This document shows positions 13,777 through 27,625 of a DNA stretch of 64,000 nt, piece after piece; position 1 is the first letter of the stretch; each line of letters starts with the position of its first letter. The notes beneath the pieces were generated by a model that had not been told where the DNA came from, made no database searches, and worked only from the letters and a program-made list of their open reading frames with translations. The stretch is from the human T2T-CHM13v2.0 reference genome, Homo sapiens: assembly GCF_009914755.1 (NCBI RefSeq), contig NC_060936.1; one strand, written 5' to 3'. The translations under genes and the position numbers were made by a program.

Positions 13777-15680
13777 GTGAGCACACTCCTCTGGGTGAAC
13801 TGTGGTCCAGAGGGCCTGGAGCCATGACCCTATTCTGACCTATGCTTGTTGGAAGTGTTTGTGGGGCTCTAATTTACACAGGTCACAGAGATCTTCTTTC
13901 AAAGAGTGACCTCCGTCTTCTACACACTTCTCACTGCTGTTCAGAGAATCACTTAATCTTCCTAATATTTTGAGTTAAATATGAACTTTGGACTATAATG
14001 TTCAATCAGGATTATTTTCCTGGGACAAATATTTTTCCACATTAAACCTTTGACATTATGTTTAATAATTCATTTCATATGATAGATTTTTACATTAAAC
14101 TTTTCTGGAAGTGTCCACATTTTCAATCACAGGTTTAAATTAATTAAATTTATAACTACTTGATATTATTTATATCCATTTTTATAAAAGCTTTTTAATA
14201 ACTATTTCAGTATAAAAGTACATAAAAGTCTAAGTTGTATATGATATCATTTTTACATTTCTTTGTATTTAAAAATTAAATATAAAGTAAAAAGTTACCT
14301 TCAGAGGGAAAAGTAAAAACATGTGTACTAAATATGTTTCATTGGTACCTATTGGAAATAGTAAAGTACATAATTTTAAAGAAAAAATAATTATAAATCC
14401 TTTTAAAAGCATTATCAATTATTCAAAATGTTGGCACATTATAAAAACTTGTCTATTAAGATAATTCATCAAATTCTTAATGAAAACTACCATCAGGCTA
14501 TTTTAACGTTTGCATTTTTATAAGATTCAATAACATGTAATGCTTATAAGCACAAAGTAGTTGTTACCAAGTATTTGCTCAGCTCTGTTAAAATTAAAAA
14601 AATTATTATTAATTTTGAAAATATGGCATCAAATGTCTTGGACTCAAAAAGTTATTCATTTGTAGTTGTCACTTGTTAAAGTTGGTCTTTATCTAATAGA
14701 TGGACTTTGCAAGTATATTTCCAGCATATCTAAAAATACCTAATATGTGCTATAGAGGGAAGTGTCATCTGATAAGCAAAGTCCTTCCAAATGCTACAAA
14801 ATGAAGGTTATTCAATGTTATCACTAAATTGCAGGGAAATGTGTTTTCTTGGATATGACAGCTGACTTTTTAAACATTCAGATGTTGATCTTTGTGTTCT
14901 AATACAGTGGTCCTATCCACAAATGGATAGTACTCCAAAGATTTAAGTGTCAGATGATTGTAAGTTATCCAAGACATAGTTTTCTATATAAGAAATATTA
15001 TGTACAAAATATCAAATATGTAAAAAGAATCAATAAAAGATTCCCAGGGTAACTCATCTAAGTAAAACCATATCATAGGAACACAAGCACTGCTACTACT
15101 AGACTGTGTCTCAGCCCTTAAGGAATCATTCTGCATCATCAAAGAAAGTTTTTCCTCCTTTTCCCCTATGGGCCAAATGAATTTTAGTGGTATCCTCCTA
15201 GCCTCCTTCCTGCACTCCATCGTCAGTTCCTTTTGCCCCTCCTCAGGCCTGTGTGGCCCATCCCTTTATTCTACAACTGAAAATGCACAAGGGAAAAAAT
15301 TCAAATCTCTCAATGCAATTAATTTTAGCTATTTGAACAATATAGTTGAATCTGTTCATACTAAAATGTAAACTTCTAAGACTGACCCCCTCCCCAACAC
15401 TGGTAGGCATTTTCATTTTGTTAAAAGAATACTTAGTAGCCCGTGAAAAATCCTGAATAAGTATATCTTCAGCAAATGTAATAACGTGAAAAAGCACTCT
15501 TTTTGTTTACTATGTCATGTTTTTAAACAGTCAATATTGGAGAAAGTATTATTTATCGAAGAGGTTACATTCGAGGCAGACTGTGGTGAGATTCAATCCC
15601 CTAAGCACTATATATTTTCACAGCTTGCCCCTTTCTCTACTTCTGAACACTAAATACATCATCATAAAAAAATTAGAAAA

Positions 15681-15894
15681 GGTCGGGTGTGGTGACTCAT
15701 GCCTGTAATCCCAGCACTTTGGGAGGCTGTGGAGGGTGAATAACCTGAGGTCAGGAGTTTGAAACCAGCCTGGCTAGCATGGTGAAACCCCATCTCTATT
15801 AAAAATATAAAATTAGCCCAGCATGGTGGCATGTGCCTGTAGTCCCAGCTACTCCAGCCTGGGTGACAGAGCGAGACTCCATGTCAAACAAAAA
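15681..15894 (+). mobile_element. AluS with an internal deletion in the right arm
   Basis: cccagctACTCcagcctggg junction removes about 76 bp of consensus. Confidence 0.9.
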
Positions 15895-16687
15895 GAGTAG
15901 ATTTTTTTTTTTAAGAATGACTGTCATGGCAGCTACAGAAAAGTTTCAGATCATGAAAAAGGTGGGCAAGGAATGTACAGATTGTTTACTATTGGTTATT
16001 TATAATTCAGGGTCTACTTTATTTGACCTTCACTCTTCATTATTTATTTTTCCACTTCTGTGTTTATTTACATATTGCATTATTTGTAAAAGGGTTTAAA
16101 AGTGAAATAATATTTCAGATAATTTTTATTTTGTTACACACAGAGAATTAGTATATATTACCCATGATAATAGCAAAATTGGAAATATTAGTTTCCATGC
16201 TTTTCACTTTTTCACTTGTTTGTTGTGATTCTGGTATTCACAATTGTTTGTAATTCCAATGGCACATAATAACATGCTTTGCTGGACTTATTACAGAAAT
16301 GCATTAAAATAACAATTAAGTGATTTGGGCATTAATTCTTCAGTACAGAGATCTGTGTCCAGCTTTACTATTTATGCAATATTTTTATGTTAATAAAGTC
16401 ACTAAAACATTAGACAATAAGACTGGAAAAAATAACAAATATAATTAGCTGCATGTACATATGAGTGGATCCTGTCATTTGGTGAAGCTCTAAAACTCTT
16501 CATCTGTTTTGAGGTGTTTGAAGATCTAAATCCGTTCAAAGTCAATCAGAGACTGATGGTAGATTCTAGGAGTGAGAATCAAGAAGTCTGATTTAGCTCC
16601 CTAAATTGTTGGCAGACTTCCACCATATGTCTTTGTTATCTGCAGGAAAGAACTTCCATAATTTCTCTTAAATCTACCCAGCTAATA

Positions 16688-16987
16688 GGCTGGGCATAGT
16701 GGCTCATGCCTGTAATCTCAGCACTTTGGGAGGCCTAGGTGGGTGGATCACCTGAGGTCAGGATTTTGAGACCAGCCGGCCCAACATGGTGAAACCCCAT
16801 CTCTACTAAAAATACAAAAATTAGCCAGGCATGGTGGCGCATGCCTGTAATCCCAGCTACTCAGGAGGCTGAGGCAGGAGAATCACTTGAACCCAGGAGG
16901 CTGAAAGTGGCAGTGAGCCAAGATCACACCATTGCACTCCAGCCTGGGCAACAAGAGTGAAACTCCGTTAAAAAAAAAAAAAAAAAA
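16688..16987 (+). mobile_element. AluSq/Sp-like, full length
   Basis: ggcaacaagag diagnostic; A-tail; TSD aaatctacccagctaa at 16670 and 16985. Confidence 0.95.
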
Positions 16988-18509
16988 TCTACCCAGCTAA
17001 CATACGCTCTCTCTACTTGATTCTTAGGCATGTCCTTTTTATTCCAACCTGCTAAATTTTTCATGCAAAATTGAGCTCATAACTTTTCTGAGTCCTGTAT
17101 GTTTTCCCATGTCCAAAAGATAAATGATAAAAGAAGAATCTCTAATCAATAATTAAAATATTAATTTTAGGAAGTTACCAACTAGGCAAAAATAAAACAA
17201 AAAACAAACATGGTGCTTGGTACTAAGTCCTTTCAATGATTTGTGGTTTCATATTTTAGAAATTATTTAACTATTTTATACTCTCTGCCTGTATATTTAC
17301 ACTTTAAAACCCATTCTGTAATTTTTGTTATTTGTAAACTCATTATTTAATTATGCTCCACTTTGTTTCACAAAACTTTTGAAAATGCCTTCTCTCACTC
17401 TATCATTCTATACTATTTCTTCCCAAATGAGAGCAGGAGTCAAATAAAGATGTAGTACTCTTTAATTCTATGAAAACATTCAAGGATATACTAAAATAAC
17501 GTTTTAAATTCTCAATTTGAATGATAATTATATTATGTACAAAGATTATTCACATTTTATGTTTAAGTTTAGATAACACAAACTATAATTCTTAGGAAGA
17601 ATATGTAACATTTTGGGCTCATCTGTTTCACACTTACCGAATTAGGAAATGATCCTTGGGTTTTGTTATCTAATAAACATACAGAACAACATTTTGTGAT
17701 GGCTCCTGCAAAACACCACCACTTAGCCCACTGAAGTTAGAAAGGTTTCTTAGAGCTCTTATTGGCAAGATCAGCAGACACAGACACGCACAGTAAGACA
17801 CAGACCTGTATCACTGAGACTGACTCACCTTGTGGATTGCCTTTAACTACTTTAACTGTACAACGATTACCTTCCCATGAGAGTCACATCACTTATAATT
17901 AAATAACCCAACAGAATTTTCGTAAGCTAAAAATGCTATTTGCTAAATAAGCTTATTTTTTACTATCTTCTTTCCGCATTTAAGTCACGGAAGTTTTGTT
18001 TCTTATGCCGACTAAATCAGAAAAGAATAGTAAAACAACATTAATCAATGTCACTAATATTCTTACTTGACAGAAACTCAGTTTCTTTTAGTCCTCAATT
18101 TTTTTTCAAAAATTTTATGCACCACTTCATATTAATTACCCTGCCTATTTTAGTTGAGTGAATGTAATGGCACATTATTTTAAGCCTCAAAGCCCAATCC
18201 AATAATCACGAATAGAATTAAAATTCACAAGATAAAGTAAACAATCTAATGAGTTGGAAAAATTTCTATTTTAAGAGAAGTCTTCTTCAATAATTTTCTT
18301 TCTTCAGTAACTTCAGAAGTGTACATGTTGAATTTTTGTTAAATACACAGTTATGTCTTCAGGAAGATTACTGCTTAAAAAAATTCTACATATGTACTTT
18401 GTAAACTGTAAACCAGAATACCTTTGGTATTGTTACTATTGTGATTTATATTTGTAATATTGAATACTACCCCGGTCTACTTTCATATATAGAGTTTGCT
18501 AACAAAATA

Positions 18510-18712
18510 ATAGCTACTGTTTATGAGCAACTCCTGTGTTAAACTCTGCATGTAGTGATTTCACTTAACTCTTTCAAACCTTAGTGGTAGGTACACCTAT
18601 CCCCATTTTACAGATGGATTAAAAAATGATGATAGGACAGGTTTATGTAAATGTCTAAGGTCATACAGCTAATAAGCAGGAGAGCTACAAGCTAGCCCAG
18701 GTCTTTCTCTGA
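18510..18712 (-). mobile_element. MIR
   Basis: cctatccccattttacagatg...aaggtcatacagctaataag core. Confidence 0.7.
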
Positions 18713-18724
18713 GGTATGAAGATA

Positions 18725-18728
<4 letters not shown>

Positions 18729-18766
<38 letters not shown>
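18729..18766. repeat. (TG)19 microsatellite
   Basis: Read directly from the sequence. Confidence 0.97.
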
Positions 18767-18769
<3 letters not shown>

Positions 18770-19276
18770 AACTTCGAAGCATACTAGAGAAGATTAATGT
18801 AAACTTTCTTAAATAGACAAAGACCCATGGAATTCTTCCTCAGCAGCATTTTCTATGATGAGAATGAGTCTAAAGAAAGAGGTTCCTCTTTGGATTTCTT
18901 TGTTGTCTCATGATATGAAGCAAAGAAGTGATGGCATTTAATGTTGACTCAAACTTGCAGGAACTGGAAAACTTTTAGTAGTGTAATTTTTATTTTGGCT
19001 TCAATAATAACTCATAATTTTTGACTGATATATGAAATTCTAATAGTTCACATTTTAAGTGTCATCATTCTTTGACAAATTCTGTTCATATATTTTACTT
19101 CCGTTCTAAACTTAAGCTATCTTTGCAAACAATGGCAAAAATTTGTGAATTCGGAATACAAGAAATGTTCTATGCTTAGAATGAAATTGGAGATACTTAA
19201 TGCTCATATTCTTGTAATAACAAATCAAAAATAATTCAGTGTGTTTGTATACTAAATAATGAATCTTTACTTGCAG

Positions 19277-19321
19277 ATACTCTTCATTTTTCTTTAGACG
19301 CAAGGAGATTTTTGTCATCCA
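19277..19321 (+). CDS. PTPRQ: PTPRQ probable alternative exon (45 nt, YSSFFFRRKEIFVIQ; 24 nt if the AG at 19296-19297 is used)
   Basis: acttgcag|A...TCCA|gtaagt (consensus donor); phase 2-2, no stops; peptide recalled from the long human PTPRQ protein. Confidence 0.72.
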
Positions 19322-20523
19322 GTAAGTTACTGTGGTAATGCAGAACTCTGCTGTGATTATTTTAATCTTGTCAGGTGGTGTGCTCTATATTTTAAAATAC
19401 ATAATATTGAACATCTTGTTGTTTAATGCACTATTTTTTCCAAAGCTCCCCCCAAAAGCTATATTTCTATTTACAACATGTCCTTTATAATATTGCATGC
19501 TATTGATAATGGTCAAGTTAATCTTATCAAAATGCACATTGACTCATAATGTGCATGTCCTGAGAATTTGCTGTGTTCTCATGTTGTGTTAGATTTGATA
19601 GCAAATTAAGTTTGCACCTAGATTCCTGTACAGGCTTCTCATTCTGTTATCAACATGACGCAAGAGTTGAGCTCTACATCTGATGGGTGGAAACTATATT
19701 TACATTTCATACAAGCTCATTTTTGCAACTGTAGATGGTTAACCTGTAAGGACCAAGACAATGACATTTCTTGTTCCCTGACTCTCTAGTGCATACACAG
19801 AATGGCATATTTCATGGAAACGTTATTTCTCCACTGACCAATGGGTAGCCAACTGTGCACGCTTCCAGGCACTCCCCTGATGCTCAGAAATGCCATTTGT
19901 ATCCTGGCACAAACATTTTTTGTTACATTCTGAGAGTAGCATAGCAGAATATCAGCACTAGCAGGGACCCCAGTAACTGATTGAGCGTCCCAAACATAAT
20001 AAATTTCTTCATGCAAAGAATGTAAATGAAGGAATATGAATGGAGGCAGAGAATAAAAAGGCATTTGATTTCAAAATCACACGCCTTACTAAAGAAGAAT
20101 CCGTCTTCATGAGCTATAAGGCTGAATGGGGCCAAAGCTCCTGATAGTCTGGTTAACCATGAATAATACTCTGCATTATTAAAATCAAGGAAGCCCGGTC
20201 TATTTCTAATCTAATCACATTTAGCATTTGGGAATCATAAGTAACCTTGTTTTAACTTCAGATTAACTAGTTACCAAGTTCCCATTGACAGAATTAAAAT
20301 ACTTTAATGAAAATACATTTCCTTCAGAGGACCTGCTTGATGGGGTTCAAACATTTGTCAAAGTAAGACACTGTTAAACTGAAGATTTAATTGATCACAT
20401 TACACATAAAATATCAATTTTCAACCAGCACTCAAAGTTAACCTCTGGGCCATTCCAGACTCAGAGGCGGTTTGGTTGAGCAACTCTGCTGAATGTCTTT
20501 CTTCATCATCATAAAATAGAATC

Positions 20524-20722
20524 CTTTTCCTATTCTTTTTCTCCTTCTCTCTTTCTCTCTCTCTCACTCTCTCTCTCTCTCTCTTGCTCTCTCTCTCTCG
20601 CTCTCTCTCTTTCTCTCCCTCCTTCCCTCTCTCTCTATTTTCTTTCTCTTCTTTCTCTTTTTTCTTCTTTCTTTCTTTTCTTGCTTGCTTGCTTCTTTCT
20701 TTTTTCTTGCTTTCCTCTCTCT
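20524..20722. repeat. Polypyrimidine (TC)n/(TTTC)n low-complexity tract
   Basis: About 200 nt, almost entirely C/T. Confidence 0.9.
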
Positions 20723-21340
20723 AACGCCAAATTTTCTTTCCTAGAATCAGTGACTAGTACCCTGCTCAATCAGAGCCCTTACCCTGACACAGCTAAACTT
20801 AATCATTTGTGTTAGTCAGAACCTTTATAGAACACCTCTACATACGTCATACTATTTAAAGTAGATCTGTCTTGTTCCAAATCCAGTTTTCTGAGGTTGC
20901 TTCTAACATCTAACAGAGAAATGTTATTGCCTGCCTGTCATCTTGGCTAACAGGCAGTAAGGCCTTATTTTTAGCTGGTATAATATCTTCTGGTATCTCC
21001 TATTCATTGAGTCCTTGCTCAGGGCCCCATCCATCTCTTCACATAACTTTGATCAGTCTCTTTCTCCTCTCTATCTACAAATTCTACCCTGTTGCCCCGG
21101 ATGTAGCTAAACAATGCCCATGGTTTTCATTTAGAATACATGGTTGACAAAAGAAGACTTCTGGCAAGAATATTTCTTCAAATGTGCTAATGTGGAAAGG
21201 CTTAGTAATAAGGAAAATTCAACTTCTGCCACACTGGGGATCATACCTCTGAGCTTTTTGACATCAGCAAGAATATTGCATTCACTTCTCATCTAAAAGG
21301 CCATTTCATCTTGTTTAAATAAAAATAAATAACAATTGAG

Positions 21341-21669
<329 letters not shown>

Positions 21670-21854
21670 CTAGGCACTGTTTTAGGCACTGGGAATAGTG
21701 TGATGAGAAAGGAAGAAACATTGCCTCCAAAGAGCTATCCTTCAAATTTAATGCTTCTTTTAAACTGATTTGTCCTACACATATGAGAAGATATGTTGAG
21801 AAGGTAATACATATCATTTACTATTAATTGTTTTCCTGATTTAAAAAAGTATTA

Positions 21855-22163
<309 letters not shown>

Positions 22164-22284
22164 CTATTACTCACTTATGGTATATTTCTCTTATAAAATT
22201 TTAGAATCAGCTGTATAGGACCAACCATGGGTTAGGATATTTTAAATTTATATTGAGCACCACGGAAACATCAATGATTTGGTA

Positions 22285-22350
22285 AAAGAATACAGAAGGA
22301 TGTGACAGAATGCAGAAGGATGTGAAAGAATGCAGAAGGATGTGAAAGAA
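22285..22350. repeat. 20-bp tandem repeat x3.3 (AAAGAATGCAGAAGGATGTG)
   Basis: Read directly; 1 mismatch each in copies 1 and 2. Confidence 0.9.
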
Positions 22351-25174
22351 CAAAATAAAGAAAACTAATAGGAAATAACAAAAATTAAGGCACCTTTAAA
22401 AGTATTAAAATAGATGCTTTGGATAAGCGATAGAATATTGTAGAAGTAGATGTAATTTATGTGTCATTAGTGACTTGATGAAATATATAAACTAAAAACT
22501 CACACTCAGTATCATACAAAACTTGGAAATATTAATATTGTACCAGAGAAATAGATTCTTCACAAATTTAATCTAAGTAGCAAGTACATGCTATGGGATA
22601 CAAATACATATTTTTACACCAATTGACAAATTTGAGATTCTTTTATTTTTAACTTAACATCACTGGTTAAGTAGAAGAAAAGTTTCTCAGTTTGTCCCAT
22701 ACCACTGGTAATGCTGGTTGAAGCTGCTCAGCTATAGGTTATCATCTGTGGCTCTCTATTAGGACTATATTTTAATTCCCTATAGATTTCAACTAATTGA
22801 CCTTGAGGGAAAGCTGAGTCTCTGTGACAATATGGTCTTCAATCACCACTGCCAACATAAATAAATGCTTCCTTTCTAGATCCATCAAGAGTAATCTGAG
22901 TGGAATTTAAGTTTTTGATAGGCTTTAAAGAAATGAGTCCAGACGTGAAATAAGACACTTTTCAACCAAAAGATATAGAATTTAAGACAGTTAAGATTCG
23001 TGTAATAAAAAGTGTTTAGCCCTTTCTATTGGAAATTAGTCAGTTATCTTATTGAAATCTGGACAGTTCCCAAATTGATTTATCCAGTAATGAACTGATT
23101 ATAGTCTGACAGTAACCTTCACTATCATAAATGAATATCCTACCAGTCTAAAAATGCTTTCCATTTAACAGTTTTTTTTTAAGTTTTTAAAATGTTAATA
23201 AAAAGTTTTCTATTTGAGTATGTTTGAGTATCTCCTTGGATCACTTCATTCGAAACTAGCACTCCTGAAATAGCATTGTTGATTTTCATGCACATCAATT
23301 TCTGTGAGTTTCTAGTGCTTATTTAAGCAAACAGTTTTTCCTATTAGGAATTTAATTATACCTCTCAGTGATAAGTTAGTGCATTTTCCTTATAGTATGT
23401 CCCATTTTCTTTTCTAATTCTCTCTATAAATCAGTCAAATTAATTTTTTTGTATATAAACATTAAAGCTTAAAACCTCAAAGAAAAATACAATTTAGAAT
23501 GTAGCCAACACCTAAGGGAGAAATACACCTATACAACATGAGGCTAAGAACGAAAGCAATGATAAGTATACTACAGACAACAATGAGGAAGGAAATATCT
23601 AACTTTTATTTGAAATAGTCAGGTAATGTACCTCAAAATGTCTTCTCAATTTGAGCATTCCTAATAGGTATTTGAAGATTTCAACTCACAAATGATTGTG
23701 ACATAAGTACAGACTAGAAAATTACATAAAAACTGGACTACTAGAAGCTTTCTTATCTTATATAAACATAAATGTGAAGAACAGATTCTAAAAAGTGATT
23801 GGATTTAGATAAAAAAGAGTGATACAAAAGAAAATAAAGCCAAATCAGATTCCACCTCTCTTTTTCTTAAAGTGTGTGCCTATTTGTTTATCACTTGAGT
23901 AGGCAAGAGCAATTTTATTGTTCATTTATCTAACTTCCTAACAAAGTACACCTGTTAATTTATAACGTTAGGTTATCTGCTATGGCTTTTGCTTAGACTC
24001 ACATGCTTTTTGTTGATAAATCTATTGATTATACGTATTTAAAGCTTTGAGTTAGGACCTCTTGAGAATTCTCAGTTTCTTAATAATTTAGTGTGAAAAT
24101 GTATTCAATTCAGATATTCCCTCACAATAAAGCCAGAATATTCATATTTTGCTTTCTGTGTATCTTAATCTGAATTCATCCACAATTTTATATTTGATAT
24201 GTTTTATTTAATGTTTACTGTGAATAATGTTATGAGGGACATCTAGTAAGCCAAGTGTTAATCCTGCCCCAGCCCTGAAGTATATATGAGCCCAAACACT
24301 TGTATCCTTAATGCAGGGACTTAAATAGCCATAATACAACATAGAAGATGATTTGTCCTTGGAAATTTGATTTTACAGGCAAAGGAAATTATTTTCTTTT
24401 TAGTAGAACAGAGTAAGATCGATAGGGTTGTTAACATTTGAATCAGGTATTAAAGAATAAGTAAAATTTCCGTTGTACGAAGAATGCCTGGAATGGTATA
24501 AAATTGAGAGGGAGGGATATATAGAGAATATCTGGAGTGCAAACAGGATGCATGAAGAGGAGTTACAAGGAATAATGTCAGAAATGTGGGCATGGTTAGA
24601 AATGTTTTACATGATTATATGAAAACTGAATTATTATGGTCATTGTATTAGAGATTTGTTTGGGATCTCGAATTGAGAGCTAGAAATCCAGACTTGGATT
24701 TGAAAGCTAGATATTCGTGACTACTATATTTTAGCACAATATAGTCTATCCATCTTTGAGTAAAATTAAGAGAATATTCTTTTGGAAATAATGGAAAAAA
24801 TCCCTTCCTTATATCAGTATCAATTGTAGAACAGTATGGATAGGAGCAGCTTGAGATGAACAAACTAAATTAGCAATAGTAATTATCATACTATTGATAG
24901 TAACCAATACTTATGTATTGCTTACTAAAGGCAGAGACCTTTAAATATATGAACTTAATTTAATACATTTCCCAAACTAGGAAACTGAGGCACAGAAAAA
25001 TTAAGTATTGCACATGATAATATAACTAGTAATTGTTCAAGCAGGTATTTGAAACCAATAAAGGCATCATATTTTCTAATAAGGCAATAATTCACAAATA
25101 TCCACCCAAACCCATTATAGCCAGTTATGGTTTAAAATATCTTTAGGCGGACATCATGAAATGCACATCTTTAT

Positions 25175-25397
25175 TATCCCCCTTGAGGGGTGAGGGAGCT
25201 GGGGTATTTATCCACCAACTCTGGTTAGTCATTGGTTGATGGATGTTTCTTGGAATATTTACCCTCCGATGCTTCTAGCCTGGATGCAGGAGACACTCGA
25301 GGAGAGTGGCAGGTCCTTGTAGTAGGAAACTATCTCCTTGCATGCGAATGTTGAGTGCCCAGGCGATGTGGGTTAGGCACCAATGACATCTGCACAA
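25175..25397 (-). mobile_element. Old ERVL-type LTR fragment (LTR33/LTR16-like)
   Basis: gctggggtatttatccaccaactc...ggcaccaatgacatctgcaca resembles recalled consensus; family uncertain. Confidence 0.4.
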
Positions 25398-27598
25398 ACT
25401 TTTAAAAATCTGAATTTCACAGCACTTAATAAATTTACGATGATGTATTTCTGCGAAAAAAAAAATCTTTAGGGAGAGATTTTAAATGCAAAATGAATTA
25501 AGAATAGTGAAACAGCAACTTTTGGTAGAGTTTTTCACTGAAAAGACATGAACTTAAAACAAAAAAATGTATATTTATTCAATTAATCATAACTTCTGAA
25601 ATGAAGAATAGAGATGATTAAAGAAGAGCAATAATATGAATAATATTTTGCTTTAGCTATTTCTTGCTCACTTTTCTTTAATATGATTATTCACATTTAA
25701 TGTCTCTTAGGGATTTCACAAATGTATACTGATGCTTCAAATGGTTTATTGACATTTTCCCAGAAACCAACATCTACTTTAGATTCTAGTTATCTCAGTA
25801 AAAATACTTTTGCAGTACCGGCTCAAATGATCCTCTAGGAAAAAGGAATCTCTCTGCGATGGGTGGCAGTCTCACTGTCCTTATATAGGTGGACTACTAG
25901 CCTGTCACTAAATCATATATATTGTGCTTAAATTTTGCCAATCACAATGGAATAATATTTGCTGTTATTATAAAAGTTATTTCCACAAAGTTCAAGAGTT
26001 TCTATGTCCATGTGGTAGCAGGGAAATAGACCTTGGTAATCAAAGCATCTCAGTCATTTATATCTTAAGTTCAGTTGATCAGAATTTACCCAACACAACC
26101 TTCTATTCTTTCCTATTTCTGAAGAACAAGGTATCATAGGGGCACTGGGCAACAAGTTATCTTAAGGGAGCTAGGTAGTATGTGTGGATGTAGCCTGTAG
26201 TTTATCTTTCTTTCTTGCTGGTCTTCGCTGAGGGGTAATTATTTTTAACAAAGATTGATTGTGGCTTCAGTCCCCACTGCAACTGTTACTATGTCAGAGA
26301 TATTTCCAGGGCCTCCAATATTCAGACATTCTATTTTCCCTTCCCCAAATCAAAGATTCTTCTCATTTGGTAGCCCTTTCAGCCATCTCCATATCCATCT
26401 AGAATAAGGAATTCTTTCTTGCTTTCTTTAAATCACTCTAGGGTATTGTGGGGCACTCTTAAGCTTATCCACCAAGACTCTTTGTTAGTCACTGCTACTT
26501 TGTCACTTAGATGCCCTGTTTGGCAATGGAATAGTCTATCACTTTATGTTTACCCTGAGAAGCTGGAAGATACAACATCTCTTTCTGCTTGGGGGGCACC
26601 CATCATTAACTGAGAATTCTAACATTCTACTTTGTAATACCTGGTCCAGCATCCCCATATTTTTCAACAATTCCTGTATTGTAATGAAATATACTTCCTT
26701 TTAAATCCTGTTTTCTTCATTGAATACACCTCTTTTTGACCATTTTCATATTTATTATGCTCTGTTTTTCAAACCATTTTTTTTCTTTTATTCATTCTTT
26801 GCTTCAAAAAACATATCTTCTTACAAATATTCTTCAATTAAAGAATATAGTAAAATCCCTAATATTATTCTAGATTTAAAACTTTGAAAAAGTCATATGT
26901 TCCTTAGTTCATTTCATTATATTTTGTGCCTTTTGTGTTTTTTGCAGTGCTAATTTGTTGTGCATGACGTAAGTGTTATTAATGATACGCCCCTCTCTAA
27001 GTTTGTGTATGTTGTGTAGCCTATTTAGCTGTTAAAATTATTTTTGTTTACAGAGTATAAGTAATTTGGCCAATGATCTGTCACAAAAGATAGGTCTAAA
27101 ATAATGGAAATAGTTATAATTTGTTGTTGCTGTGTATTTATCCAAACTCACTCATGAAACAATACTTAACCAATGTGATGTCATGTTTCATGGATTCATT
27201 CTGTCTGGTTCAACACTTTCTATATATAGAGGAAATATTTTTAAAATCCACATTAGCTCTTTTAGACCACTAAATACCATGCAATATATTAAAAAGTGAT
27301 CTATTTTTAATGTAGTATCCTAAATGCCTAACATTTTTAAGCATTTATAATGACATTTATAATAACAACAACATCTTTTCAGCTCGAGAAAGAATGTAAA
27401 TTATTTGCCATGTTTGAGTCCAAATAATGTAATTTCAAAAAAATAAATAAAATTTAAAATAATGATCATATATTAGTTAAAGGCATAGCACATTTTACAT
27501 TATTGATTTATTATAATTTTCTGACTTTAATCTACACTTCTTTCAGAATTAGCTGTCCACTCTGACTCACAATGCATTTAACACAATCTCTATTGCAG

Positions 27599-27625
27599 GT
27601 TACTTAGTTATAGAAAATCCATCAA
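27599..27625 (+). CDS. PTPRQ: PTPRQ 27-nt microexon (LLSYRKSIK)
   Basis: tattgcag|G TTA CTT AGT TAT AGA AAA TCC ATC AA|gtaagt; phase 2-2. Confidence 0.88.

Noticed and set aside
22285-22350. CRISPR-like array
   Set aside because: Contiguous tandem units without spacers, in eukaryotic DNA with no cas genes
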